From NCBI GenBank assembly GCA_033762295.1, contig JANRLW010000106.1, positions 1 to 52,134 of the forward strand: a DNA stretch of 52,134 bases. The letters run 5' to 3'. The translations under genes and the position numbers were made by a program. Each line of letters starts with the position of its first letter. The first letter of the stretch is position 1. Origin of the DNA: Capsulimonadales bacterium (lineage in GTDB: Bacteria; Armatimonadota; Armatimonadia; Armatimonadales; Armatimonadaceae). The notes beneath the pieces were generated by a model. It was not told the origin of the DNA. It did no database searches and was given only the letters and a program-made list of their open reading frames with translations. Of this stretch, positions 1-10,292 are shown piece after piece.

Positions 1-91
1 CCACCGTGGACTGCAGCCCGGCGGCGATCAGCAGCAGAAGCAGAAAAAACAGGAGGGCCGGGGGACGCGGCGCCGCGATTTCGGTGTTCAC
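1..91 (-). CDS. mreD: Rod shape-determining protein MreD, N-terminal part (runs off window)
   Basis: GTG at 91 overlaps the mreC stop (GTGA). Translates MNTEIAAPRPPALLFFLLLLLIAAGLQSTV, hydrophobic, and follows mreBC. Confidence 0.75.
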   Translation of the reverse strand, partial: MNTEIAAPRPPALLFFLLLLLIAAGLQSTV

Positions 92-963
92 GGGGTGAAC
101 AACACCTCCCGAAGCGGTCCGGGCATCGGGGCGAAAGGCTCGATACGCGCGCGTTTCAACGATCGAACCTTGTCTTCGGTGATTTCCATGATCGTTCCGA
201 CCGGGATATCGGCGGGGAAGACGGTTCCGAAACCGGAGGTCCGAAGGAGGTCGCCGGGACGAATATCGTCCTCCATCTTGAAGTAGACCGCTTCCGGGCT
301 GGCTCCGCGTCCGCGCCCCTGGACGACTCCGAAGGGTTTGAGCGGTTTTCCGTTGCGATACACCAGGACATGAACGCGTGAATCGGTATCGGAAAGAAGA
401 AGAACCTGGGAGGAGAGAGGACCGACTTCGAACACCTGGCCGACCAGTCCGTCCGGTGTCCGGACGATGGAACCGATGCGAACACCCTCGCGCGTCCCCG
501 CGCCGATCTGAAGGGTCTCGAAATGCGGGGAGGGGAGCCAGCCGATCACCGGAGCCAGTCGGTAGTTTTTCTTCTCCGACCGGGAAAACTTCAGCACCCG
601 GCGCAATCGTTCCGCCTCCGCCGCGTCCCGGCGCAGCGATTCGACTTCCAGTTTCAGACGGAGATTCTCGGCTTCGAGGCGCGTGTTGTCGCGTGCCACG
701 GTCCGTGCCTCGAACAGCCAGTCCCAAACCCCCCAGAGGTTGGCTTCCATTCGCGACGCGCCCCACTGGAACGGATAAACGACGGTCGAAACGACCGCAA
801 GCACCGGATCGGGCCGATTTTCCGAGCGGAGTTTTTTGTGAAGGATTCCGAGAGCGAGGCTCCCGGTCAAAGTGAGGGCGAGGACGACCGGCGCGGAGAC
901 GGGAAGGCTGCCGGAGGAACCTATCCGACGGGGGAGACCGGAGCGACGCTGCCAGGGGGACAT
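88..963 (-). CDS. mreC: Rod shape-determining protein MreC
   Basis: N-terminal TM, coiled coil (LEAENLRLK), GLVGQV...SQVLLLSD and TSGFGTVFPADIPVG motifs; downstream of mreB. Confidence 0.93.
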   Translation of the reverse strand: MSPWQRRSGLPRRIGSSGSLPVSAPVVLALTLTGSLALGILHKKLRSENRPDPVLAVVSTVVYPFQWGASRMEANLWGVWDWLFEARTVARDNTRLEAENLRLKLEVESLRRDAAEAERLRRVLKFSRSEKKNYRLAPVIGWLPSPHFETLQIGAGTREGVRIGSIVRTPDGLVGQVFEVGPLSSQVLLLSDTDSRVHVLVYRNGKPLKPFGVVQGRGRGASPEAVYFKMEDDIRPGDLLRTSGFGTVFPADIPVGTIMEITEDKVRSLKRARIEPFAPMPGPLREVLFTP

Positions 964-984
964 CTCACCGTTTACCTTTCACGC

Positions 985-2202
<1,218 letters not shown>

Positions 2203-2286
2203 TCACAGGTTTGGAGGAAGCGGGGCGAGGCAGGAACCGTTTGCGATGAAAACGGTTCCTGCCCGATCCGGGGGAGCGACCGTCGG

Positions 2287-2964
2287 TCAGAACTCGGCCG
2301 ATGTCTGGGGAGCGGAACCCGCGGCGGGTCCGATCACGGGTACCGAATTGCCCGCGACGGGAGCGGCGGGAAGGGTGACGGGAAGGACGCCGTTCGGAGC
2401 CGACGGAGCGGTTTCCGGAGCGGCGGCGGCAGTCTGCGGAGCGGTCGGCGCGACGTCGTCCGCCGATCTCGTCGGGCGAACGATCGGCAGCGATTCCGTA
2501 GTGCGGGCGGCCGAAGCGACCGTACGACCCTGAGTGACATTCTGACAGGCGACGGCGATCTTCTGACGAACCGTGACCTCGGAAAGACGCTGGCGGCAAG
2601 AAACGGCGAGCGCCTTGAAGACGTTCGGCTGATCCTTGTCCCATTTGCCCCAGACGATCATCCGTTCCCGGTCGGGAATCTGATCCGGGGACACGATGAA
2701 CCCCTCGAACCGAACCCGGGTGAACGGCTGGAACTTGATTTCCGCGAACTGGCCGTTGTTGGAGATGATGCTCATATGGCCGTTCTCCAGAACGGTGTCC
2801 AGCGCGATCGCCTCGATCGGCTGGCCCAGCTTCACGGGATACACTTTTTTCGTCCGTCGGGCTTTCGCCTGGCGGGCAATCTGTTTTGCGACGGGAATCG
2901 CGGCAAGAACGGCGCTGCCCAGCAGCACGGCGGCAAGCAGACCGGCAGTCTTTTTATTAATCAC
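2287..2964 (-). CDS. Hypothetical exported protein with Ala/Pro-rich C-terminal tail
   Basis: GTG at 2964 after GGAGGAG SD; signal-like MINKKTAGLLAAVLLGSAVLA. The upstream part of the track ORF is a shadow of the opposite gene. Confidence 0.7.
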   Translation of the reverse strand: MINKKTAGLLAAVLLGSAVLAAIPVAKQIARQAKARRTKKVYPVKLGQPIEAIALDTVLENGHMSIISNNGQFAEIKFQPFTRVRFEGFIVSPDQIPDRERMIVWGKWDKDQPNVFKALAVSCRQRLSEVTVRQKIAVACQNVTQGRTVASAARTTESLPIVRPTRSADDVAPTAPQTAAAAPETAPSAPNGVLPVTLPAAPVAGNSVPVIGPAAGSAPQTSAEF

Positions 2965-3069
2965 GATAAGCTCCTCCTCTCCCTCATTATTTGTCGATGA
3001 TCGGTCAAACTTTAGGGAGAACGGGCCGGGCGGCAGGATTCCGGACCGAAATCGGCGAAATCGAGGGCC

Positions 3070-3897
3070 ATGAAGATCGCCGTTCAGCATAATCTGGTGC
3101 CCGGAGCGTCGCTCGGCGAACGGTTCGAACGCGCCGCCGGTTTCGGTTTTGAAGCGGTCGAAATCACCGCCTGGGGGTTTCCCGACCCGATCGCGAACCA
3201 TGTGGACGAGATTGTGGCCGCATCGAGGGCCAGCGGACTGCCGGTCTCGACCCTCTGCAGTATGGGCGGCGATGATTTCGTACATCCCGACCCCGCCGAA
3301 CGAAAGAAACGACTGGACGGACTGGTCGCCTATCTGGAAGCCGCCGAGGCGATCGGGGCGCGCGGGGTGGTGGCATTGCCGATCCGTCCGCCGGTGCGCC
3401 TTCCCGATCTGTCCCCGGCGCACACCGAGCGGGACCTTATCACCGACATCGCCGTCGCCCAGTTGACCGCCGCGCTGGAGCGGACGCCGGATGTAAAGGC
3501 CGCCATCTTTCTCGAACCGCTCAACCGCTACGAGGCGAACTATCTGCGGACCGTCGCCCACGGGGCGGAACTGGCGGCGAAGGTCGGCTCGCCGCGCGTC
3601 CAAGTCCTCGCCGACGTCTTCCATATGAATATCGAAGAGGCGGACATGGCAGCGACACTTCGAACGCACCGCGAATCGATCGGGGCGGTGCATCTGGCCG
3701 ACTCCAATCGGCTGCTTCCCGGACACGGGCATATCGAATTCGTCACCCTTCTGGAAGCGTTGTTCGAAATCGGCTTCGACGGCTACTGCGCCCTGGAGTG
3801 CGGCGTACCCGGCGATCCGACCGAAACCCTGCCGGAGTGCGCCGAATATCTGAAAAAGCGCCGCGAAATCGCCGCGTCGAACCGGGCAAACCTCTGA
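3070..3897 (+). CDS. Sugar phosphate isomerase/epimerase (xylose isomerase-like TIM barrel)
   Basis: LEPLNRYE, DVFHMNIEE, HLADSNRLLPGHGH motifs. Confidence 0.9.
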   Translation: MKIAVQHNLVPGASLGERFERAAGFGFEAVEITAWGFPDPIANHVDEIVAASRASGLPVSTLCSMGGDDFVHPDPAERKKRLDGLVAYLEAAEAIGARGVVALPIRPPVRLPDLSPAHTERDLITDIAVAQLTAALERTPDVKAAIFLEPLNRYEANYLRTVAHGAELAAKVGSPRVQVLADVFHMNIEEADMAATLRTHRESIGAVHLADSNRLLPGHGHIEFVTLLEALFEIGFDGYCALECGVPGDPTETLPECAEYLKKRREIAASNRANL

Positions 3898-3950
3898 AGG
3901 GTGGTGACTCTTCGGTTCAGGCGTACGAAACGGTTCGCTTTCTCGATAAA

Positions 3951-3994
3951 TTTAACCGAAATTTAACACAAAGGCGGATAAGGGGCGGTACATT
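3951..3994 (+). promoter_or_regulatory. Pho-box-like tandem (TTTAAC at 11-bp spacing) plus -10 TACATT
   Basis: TTTAACCG at 3951, TTTAACAC at 3962, TACATT at 3989; upstream of a DUF1559 gene and a phosphatase. Confidence 0.5.
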
Positions 3995-4056
3995 ACTGGG
4001 GAACCCGCAGTCCATTCGCATTCCTTTATCCTTTCGCATCGGATCGGAGATTTGTT

Positions 4057-4953
4057 ATGACGTCCCGAAATCGCCGTGGGGGCTTCACCCTCATCGAATT
4101 GCTCGTGGTGATCGCCATCATCGCCATTCTTGCCGCTATCCTTTTCCCGGTGTTTGCCCAGGCGCGTGAAAAAGCCCGCCAGGCGACCTGTACCTCCAAC
4201 CTGAAGCAGTGGGCGCTCGCCTACATGATGTATGTTCAGGACTATGACGAGCGGTTCTTCTCCTACAACCATCGTGCGTTCGTTCGTAACGCCGCCGGTC
4301 AGACCGTTCAGACCTCCGGCTGGATCGCCCTGCTGCAGCCGTACGTCGAAAAACTGAGCAACGTCAACGACCGCGGCAAGTCGGTCGACGCGCCGGACTC
4401 TAACAGCGGTGTCGGCAACTTGCATCGCTGCCCGTCCCACAGCCCGGATCCGCGTAGCTACTTCGACGGCAGCGGCAACCCGCGCGCTTCCGCCGGTGGC
4501 GCGACCAGTGCGTACGCTCTGCCCTCCGGCTACAACTCCTATCCGACGCTGGCCGCGATCAACGCCCCGGCCGACATGATCCTGATGGCGGAAAACTACC
4601 TGAACTTCACCCAGATGGTTCACTACCCGCTCGACTGGGATGAGACCGTGGCCGCCAACAACAACAACTATGCCCGCGACCGCGCCAACGGCTCCGACTG
4701 CCGCTTCGAGAAGAACGTCGACTGCGTCATCGGCGGCGCGACCTACAAGACCCGCACCGATCTGATGCCGGGCGTTGTCGGCACCTGGGCGACCAACCTG
4801 CACACCCGCCACAGCCAGGGATCGGTCTACACGTTCGCCGACGGCCATGCCAAGTTCATGCGTCCGGCCCAGACCTTCCGCGTCAACGCGGACGGCCGCA
4901 GCGGCGACTTCTCGATGTGGACCCTGACCGGCAAGTGGTTCCGCGCCGAATAG
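4057..4953 (+). CDS. DUF1559 / prepilin-type N-terminal cleavage protein with H-X9-DG motif (copy 1)
   Basis: [48 protein letters not shown]. Confidence 0.93.
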   Translation: MTSRNRRGGFTLIELLVVIAIIAILAAILFPVFAQAREKARQATCTSNLKQWALAYMMYVQDYDERFFSYNHRAFVRNAAGQTVQTSGWIALLQPYVEKLSNVNDRGKSVDAPDSNSGVGNLHRCPSHSPDPRSYFDGSGNPRASAGGATSAYALPSGYNSYPTLAAINAPADMILMAENYLNFTQMVHYPLDWDETVAANNNNYARDRANGSDCRFEKNVDCVIGGATYKTRTDLMPGVVGTWATNLHTRHSQGSVYTFADGHAKFMRPAQTFRVNADGRSGDFSMWTLTGKWFRAE

Positions 4954-4975
4954 ACCCGTCACGAAAACGTTCCGC

Positions 4976-5006
4976 AACCGCCCGCCGACCCCGGCGGGCG
5001 GTTTCT
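4976..5006 (+). terminator. Strong GC hairpin (terminator or mRNA 3' stabiliser)
   Basis: AACCGCCCGCCG-accc-CGGCGGGCGGTT, a perfect 12-bp stem with a short U tail. Confidence 0.65.
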
Positions 5007-5021
5007 CCGTTACAACCCACA

Positions 5022-6563
5022 ATGAATGACCGCCCCATTTCCCGCCGCGCCCTTCTGCATCACGCCGGAGGCATCACCTTTCTTGCCCTGACCGGTTCGG
5101 GCCAGGTGGCGTTCGCCGCCGACGACCCGCGTGGCGCCTCGCCCGGAAAACCGTTGCCACTTTTTCAGGTGCTGCCCTACCTTCAACCGGGGCCGAACGG
5201 CTCCGTGCTGCGTGACGGCGAGGAATCGATTGTCGTCTGCTGGCAGACGAACCGCGTTGCCGCCGACTTCGCTCTGACCTTCGGAGAAAAGGGGAAGCCG
5301 CACGGCGCGCCGCTCCTCCCGGAACGGATCGAACATTTCAAGGTGGATGGGACCGACGGTAAGGATTTCTATCGTTACGCCGTCACCCTGCGCGGAATGG
5401 CTCTCGAAACGGCCTACGAATACCGCATCACCCTGAATGGCGGGCGACTGGCCGAGGGGTTCTTTACCACGCGGAAGAAACCGGGACGGAAGGCGCGTTT
5501 CGTCGTCTTCGGCGACAACTCCTTCGGGGATATCTCCGATCGGCATATCGCCTACCAGTGTTACCTTCAGAAACCCGATTTCGTGGTCAATACCGGGGAT
5601 ACCGTCTACGATAACGGTCTGATCAACGAATTCACCCGCCTTTTCCTGCCGGTGCATAACGCCGATGTCGCGCACCCGCGGGTCGGCGCGCCGATCCTGC
5701 GGTCGGTGTTATTCTATACCGTCCTCGGAAACCACGATACGGTCAAGGACAATGCGAAAAGCGTCTCGTGCGCGGATTTTTCCGCCGAACCGGACGCCGG
5801 AGGCTACTATGTCTGCCTCCACCTGCCGGAAAACGGTCCCGCCGCCCCCGCGTTTCCGATGCCTCTGGAGGGAAACGAGGCCCAGGTCGCTCTGTTCCGA
5901 AAGAACGCCGGGTCACGGTTTCCTCGAACGGCGAACTACTCTTTCGATTATGCCGACGCGCATTTCCTCTGCCTGGATTCCAACACCTATGTCGATCCGA
6001 CCGATCCGGAACTGCAGGCATGGATCGACCGGGACCTGGCCGGAAGTCGGGCTGCCTGGAAGATCGCCGTCTGGCACCATCCGTCGTTCAATATGGGACG
6101 TCAGCATTACGCCAACCAGCATATGCGCGTTCTCTCGCCCCTGCTGGAAAAACACGGGGTAAGCCTGGTATTCTCCGGCCACGAACACGTCTACCAGCGG
6201 ACCCGCCCGCTTCGCTTCGCGCCCCGCGACACCGCCCGGGCGAAGGATATCACTACGGGTAATCGTCTCGTCCCCGGCGACTTTACGGTCGACCGGGGAT
6301 ATGACGGGCTGAAGAATACGGTCGCAAATGGCATAATCTATGTTGTCTCCGGCGCGGGAGGGAAGTATCTGTACGACGCCGATCAGAATGAGGCCCCGCA
6401 GAACTGGACCCATGCCGAGGATGACCATGTCGAATACGGTGCCCGATTCCTCTCGGATCGGCACTCGCTGACCGTGATCGATATGGACTCGCGACGGCTC
6501 ACCCTCCGGCAGATCGATGAGTGGGGAGCGGAAGTCGACCGTTTTGTGTTGACAAAGAGATAG
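5022..6563 (+). CDS. Tat-exported purple acid phosphatase-like metallophosphoesterase
   Basis: SRRALL Tat motif; FN3-like N-domain; GDNS, TGDTVY, LGNHD, WHHP and FSGHEHVYQR calcineurin-like motifs. Confidence 0.9.
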   Translation: MNDRPISRRALLHHAGGITFLALTGSGQVAFAADDPRGASPGKPLPLFQVLPYLQPGPNGSVLRDGEESIVVCWQTNRVAADFALTFGEKGKPHGAPLLPERIEHFKVDGTDGKDFYRYAVTLRGMALETAYEYRITLNGGRLAEGFFTTRKKPGRKARFVVFGDNSFGDISDRHIAYQCYLQKPDFVVNTGDTVYDNGLINEFTRLFLPVHNADVAHPRVGAPILRSVLFYTVLGNHDTVKDNAKSVSCADFSAEPDAGGYYVCLHLPENGPAAPAFPMPLEGNEAQVALFRKNAGSRFPRTANYSFDYADAHFLCLDSNTYVDPTDPELQAWIDRDLAGSRAAWKIAVWHHPSFNMGRQHYANQHMRVLSPLLEKHGVSLVFSGHEHVYQRTRPLRFAPRDTARAKDITTGNRLVPGDFTVDRGYDGLKNTVANGIIYVVSGAGGKYLYDADQNEAPQNWTHAEDDHVEYGARFLSDRHSLTVIDMDSRRLTLRQIDEWGAEVDRFVLTKR

Positions 6564-6667
6564 TTGCCAGAGGAGTACCTGCCATCGGACTCCCTGTGGT
6601 ACACTCCGCTTAATTCGGAAGCGTTCTCATGAGACTGGCAGAACCGGCGGATGCATTGCTGAAAGCC

Positions 6668-7099
6668 ATGCGGACCACGCTCTTTCGTAGCGTGGCTCTT
6701 CTGCTCGTTGCCGCCTGGATCGTGAACGTCGCGCCCCCCCTGCTTCTCCCCGTTGCGACGGCCGGGGTGGCGCCGGCTCCGCAGCACGGACAGGAAACAC
6801 GGACGGCGGATGCGCATGCAAAAGTCTGCAAGTGTCGTCGGTGCGGTTTCCACAACGGGAAGCGTTGCTGCTGCACCGGCGTGGCGTCGGCTGTCGACGC
6901 CCTCGCCTTTCGCCCTCTGTGCGACTCCGACGAGGTCGCGCGGAACGCGCCCGTCGTACCGCCTGCCCGGATTCCCGACCGGGTGGCGCCGGGAACGCCG
7001 GTCCTGACCCCGATACCGACGCCGATCGACACGCGCGAGACCGTTGCCGTCGGACGAACGCCGGTGCCGCCCATACTGCCGCCCCGATTCCTTTCCTGA
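6668..7099 (+). CDS. Cys-rich membrane-anchored putative regulatory leader protein (copy 1); alternative start 6629
   Basis: Hydrophobic N-terminus, VCKCRRC..RCCC..RPLCD, ends PILPPRFLS; paralogous to 8915..9391. Confidence 0.75.
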   Translation: MRTTLFRSVALLLVAAWIVNVAPPLLLPVATAGVAPAPQHGQETRTADAHAKVCKCRRCGFHNGKRCCCTGVASAVDALAFRPLCDSDEVARNAPVVPPARIPDRVAPGTPVLTPIPTPIDTRETVAVGRTPVPPILPPRFLS

Positions 7100-7247
7100 C
7101 CCCTCCTTTGCCACCGGTTCGACCCGGTCCCGGCATGAATCCGCATTTTACCTGCACTTCCGACCAACTTTTCGGTTGCGTTCGCGGATATTGGCTCGAC
7201 GGTCATGGTTGGGCCCTGTTCGCCTGCGCCCAGAGAGGACTCTTTTC

Positions 7248-8060
7248 ATGCGACAACTGTCCCGTATTCCGTTTGACAACGTGTCAACGTCTTCGTCAAC
7301 CTCCGCACGAACGTCCGGTGCGGCACGCACTGCCCGCGCGGGTTTCACGCTGATCGAACTGCTCGTCGTCATCGCGATAATCGCGATTCTGGCGGCCATC
7401 CTGTTTCCGGTCTTCGCCCAGGCACGGGAAAAGGGACGTCAAACGTCCTGCCTTTCCAACGGTCGGCAGATCGGAATCGCGTTCCTGATGTACGCGCAGG
7501 ATTACGATGAATTTCTGCCGCTGACGACCTTCCCGGTCGCCGCCAACACCTGGACCGACCAGACCCAGCCGTATATCAAGAATCGGGGCATCTATCGGTG
7601 TCCGAGCGATCCGAGCGCGAACTGGGACACGCCGCAGACGACCAAAGCCAGCATTCTGGACCCGACCCCGCCGGTCGTCCGCCGCGCCTCCTACTTCCTG
7701 AACGCCTATATGGCGGGAAGCAGCCGGTACGGCAATCTGGCGGCGATTTCCTCTCCGGCCAGCGTCATCTACGTCGCCGAGAGCCTGGAAGGGATCACCC
7801 GAGACCATTTCCACCCGTTTAACTGGAACGGCAATCTGGAAACGCCGACCCCGAATCCGCTTTTCAGCGGTTTCATGCATATGGCGACCTGGGACGATGC
7901 CAGAAACGAGACGAAGGAACTGGCCTTCGCCCGTCACAGCGGCGGCTCGAACTATGTGTTCCTGGACGGTCACAGCAAATGGCAGCGCTGGTCCCAGGTC
8001 TACTGGCAGAAGCCCGAACAGGGGATCTGGCAGGGGGCCTTCGATCCGCGACAGCCTTAG
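7248..8060 (+). CDS. DUF1559 prepilin-type/H-X9-DG protein (copy 2)
   Basis: SD AGAGAGGA before ATG 7248; [23 protein letters not shown]. Confidence 0.92.
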   Translation: MRQLSRIPFDNVSTSSSTSARTSGAARTARAGFTLIELLVVIAIIAILAAILFPVFAQAREKGRQTSCLSNGRQIGIAFLMYAQDYDEFLPLTTFPVAANTWTDQTQPYIKNRGIYRCPSDPSANWDTPQTTKASILDPTPPVVRRASYFLNAYMAGSSRYGNLAAISSPASVIYVAESLEGITRDHFHPFNWNGNLETPTPNPLFSGFMHMATWDDARNETKELAFARHSGGSNYVFLDGHSKWQRWSQVYWQKPEQGIWQGAFDPRQP

Positions 8061-8072
8061 GAGAACGAAACG

Positions 8073-8912
8073 ATGACAGTTCGTTTGCGGATCACGCGAA
8101 TGGTGGCCGGGCTTTGCCTGGCCGCCCCTCTCCTGATGCTTCCCCGACTCGTGTTCGGGCATGATACCTGGGTGCAGACCAATATCCATCTGATCCGGGT
8201 CGGCGACCTGGTCCATATCGACCTGATGCTCGGGAATCATGGAAACGCGCATCGGGACTTCAAACTGGCGTCCAAGGTCGACCCGGTCCGTTCGACCCTG
8301 ACGGTCATCGCGCCGGACGGTAAGCGTTACGACCTGAAGGACCGACTGACCGACACGGGATACGCGCCGAAGGAGGGGTACTGGACCACTTCGCTGGCGG
8401 TCGACAGGTCGGGACTGTATACGGTCGCGCATACGTTCGATGCCGTGATGGACTACGCTCCGGAGCGATCGATCAAGAGCGCGAAGGCGTTTTTCGTCGC
8501 CAGTCAAAGCCTGGATAAACCCCGAACGGAGAACCCCGGATTCGACCGGCCTCTCGGTCATCCGCTGGAACTCGTCCCGGTGGCGAATCCGGTGACGCCG
8601 ATGGGGCCGGGGACTCCCATTTCCGTTCGTCTGCTCTATCGGGGCAAGCCCCTGGCGGACGAGCGGATCGCGTTCATTCCCCGAGGCGTGTCGCTGAAGG
8701 CGGAGGGGCCGGATGACCGGTTCGAGAAGATCACCGACGCGAACGGCATCGCCACTTTTGAGCCGAAAGAGGCCAACTACTACCTGATCGTCGCGCACCG
8801 TGAGGAGAAAAACGAGGGGGGATCGCTCGACGGCAAACCCTACCGATTCACCCGATACGGCGCGACCCTGACCGTCTATGTCCCGCAGGTCTGCGCCTGC
8901 TGCGGAGGCTGA
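8073..8912 (+). CDS. DUF4198 domain exported protein (Ni/Co uptake-associated family)
   Basis: Signal peptide then HDTWV; GHPLELVPVANP, LLYRGKPL, TDANGIATF; C-terminal CACCGG. Confidence 0.85.
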   Translation: MTVRLRITRMVAGLCLAAPLLMLPRLVFGHDTWVQTNIHLIRVGDLVHIDLMLGNHGNAHRDFKLASKVDPVRSTLTVIAPDGKRYDLKDRLTDTGYAPKEGYWTTSLAVDRSGLYTVAHTFDAVMDYAPERSIKSAKAFFVASQSLDKPRTENPGFDRPLGHPLELVPVANPVTPMGPGTPISVRLLYRGKPLADERIAFIPRGVSLKAEGPDDRFEKITDANGIATFEPKEANYYLIVAHREEKNEGGSLDGKPYRFTRYGATLTVYVPQVCACCGG

Positions 8913-8914
8913 CC

Positions 8915-9391
8915 TTGTCCGTCCCGGTCGCGAGCTTTCGTCCGATCGCCGCCCTGCTGATCCTGGCATGGTGTCTGCCCTGGATCGCCCCCCGGTTCCT
9001 GCCGGGGGAGGCCCGTTCGTTCGTCTGCTCACTGATCGGAGACAAAACGGCGAATCTTCCTGCCGGGGAAGCGGCCGTGGCGGAAAGCCAAGATCCGGAG
9101 GTCGAGCACCGGCGGGTCTGTCGCTGCCTCAACTGCTCCGGTGGGGCGCGTTGCTGTTGTCTCACTGCGCGCGGGCCGCGCGAAGGGACCGTTCTGCGCG
9201 CCCTCTGCGATATCGGACTACCGGAGACGGTGGTTTCCGTTTCCATGTTCAAGGTATGTTTTCCGTCCCTCACGGCGATCGGGGAGGTTCCGACCGTCGA
9301 CCTTCGGGCGACCGGCCTTCCGAACACCGCGACTCGGACGGTCGCTTCCCGCTTTCCCGAACCGTCGGTACCCCCGCCTCGCCTTTCGTAA
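8915..9391 (+). CDS. Cys-rich membrane-anchored putative regulatory leader protein (copy 2)
   Basis: TTG 2 nt after the DUF4198 stop; hydrophobic N-terminus, VCRCLNC..RCCC..RALCD, ends PSVPPPRLS. Confidence 0.75.
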   Translation: MSVPVASFRPIAALLILAWCLPWIAPRFLPGEARSFVCSLIGDKTANLPAGEAAVAESQDPEVEHRRVCRCLNCSGGARCCCLTARGPREGTVLRALCDIGLPETVVSVSMFKVCFPSLTAIGEVPTVDLRATGLPNTATRTVASRFPEPSVPPPRLS

Positions 9392-9478
9392 ATCGGACTC
9401 ACTTGCATGCTCCTTCCCGGCCGTCATCGAGGGTCTTCCCCGAGGGCGGTCCGGGATTCACTCCGATTTCGAAAGGTG
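9380..9478 (+). promoter_or_regulatory. SD-sequestering hairpin linking the leader's last codons to the RBS of the next gene
   Basis: CGCCTTTCG(T)AAATCGGA (9380-9397) pairs with TCCGATTTCGAAAGGTG (9462-9478): 17 bp with one G-U and one bulge. Inner stem TCCCGG-CCG/CGG-t-CCGGGA. Confidence 0.7.
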
Positions 9479-9482
9479 TACC

Positions 9483-10280
9483 ATGAAAGACAAACGAAAC
9501 TCGTCAAGGTCGGTGTTCTTTGCTGCGTTCACGTTGATCGAGCTGCTCGTCGTCATCGCCATAATCGCCCTGCTCGCGGCGATTCTTTTCCCGGTCTTCG
9601 CCCAGGCGCGGGAGAAGGCGCGGCAGACCTCCTGTCTCTCCAACCTGAAGCAGATCGGTCTTGCCTATACCATGTATATGCAGGACTACGACGGGAGTCT
9701 GCCGCTCACCATCATGAATGGCGGCTTTGCTTCCTGGCTGAACGCCTGTCAGCCCTACATCAAAAACCGGCGGATGTTCCGCTGTCCGTCGGACAACAGC
9801 ACCCGTCCGTTCCCCTCGACCGAAGCGGACTGGAACGCCGACTACTATCTCCCGGGAACCTTTGACCCGAATCCGGACTACTTCAAATTTCGTCGCACCT
9901 CCTATACGTTCAATGTCTGGTTGATGGGACCGGTGCCCGAATTCCCGATGGTCAAAGGGAACGACAGTATGGTTTCCAGTCCTGCCAATGTCATCTATGT
10001 GGCGGAAGTGAAGGACAATTCGGACCTGGACCATTTCTCGCCGATGTGCTGGGACACCATCGAACCCGATGTCCGGTACCCCTACTGCTTCAAAAGCGCG
10101 TTCGGCTGGGATGCCGCGAAAAAGGAGCCGACCGAACTGGATATCAACCGCCATAACCAGGGAGCGAACTATGCCTACATGGACGGACATGTCAAATGGA
10201 GCAAGTTCTCCCGTGTCTTCTGGCAGGATATTCCGAACGGTATCTACGAGGGCAACTTCGACCCGGCGGCCAATCGTTAA
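9483..10280 (+). CDS. DUF1559 prepilin-type/H-X9-DG protein (copy 3)
   Basis: [23 protein letters not shown]; close paralog of copy 2. Confidence 0.92.
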   Translation: MKDKRNSSRSVFFAAFTLIELLVVIAIIALLAAILFPVFAQAREKARQTSCLSNLKQIGLAYTMYMQDYDGSLPLTIMNGGFASWLNACQPYIKNRRMFRCPSDNSTRPFPSTEADWNADYYLPGTFDPNPDYFKFRRTSYTFNVWLMGPVPEFPMVKGNDSMVSSPANVIYVAEVKDNSDLDHFSPMCWDTIEPDVRYPYCFKSAFGWDAAKKEPTELDINRHNQGANYAYMDGHVKWSKFSRVFWQDIPNGIYEGNFDPAANR

Positions 10281-10292
10281 GGAGAAACCTCA

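Noticed and set aside
6668..9391. Cys-rich ORFs as RiPP precursors or metallothioneins
   Set aside because: No modifying enzymes nearby. The TM, C-terminal PPR and SD-pairing fit a leader role better, though simple metal binding is not excluded.
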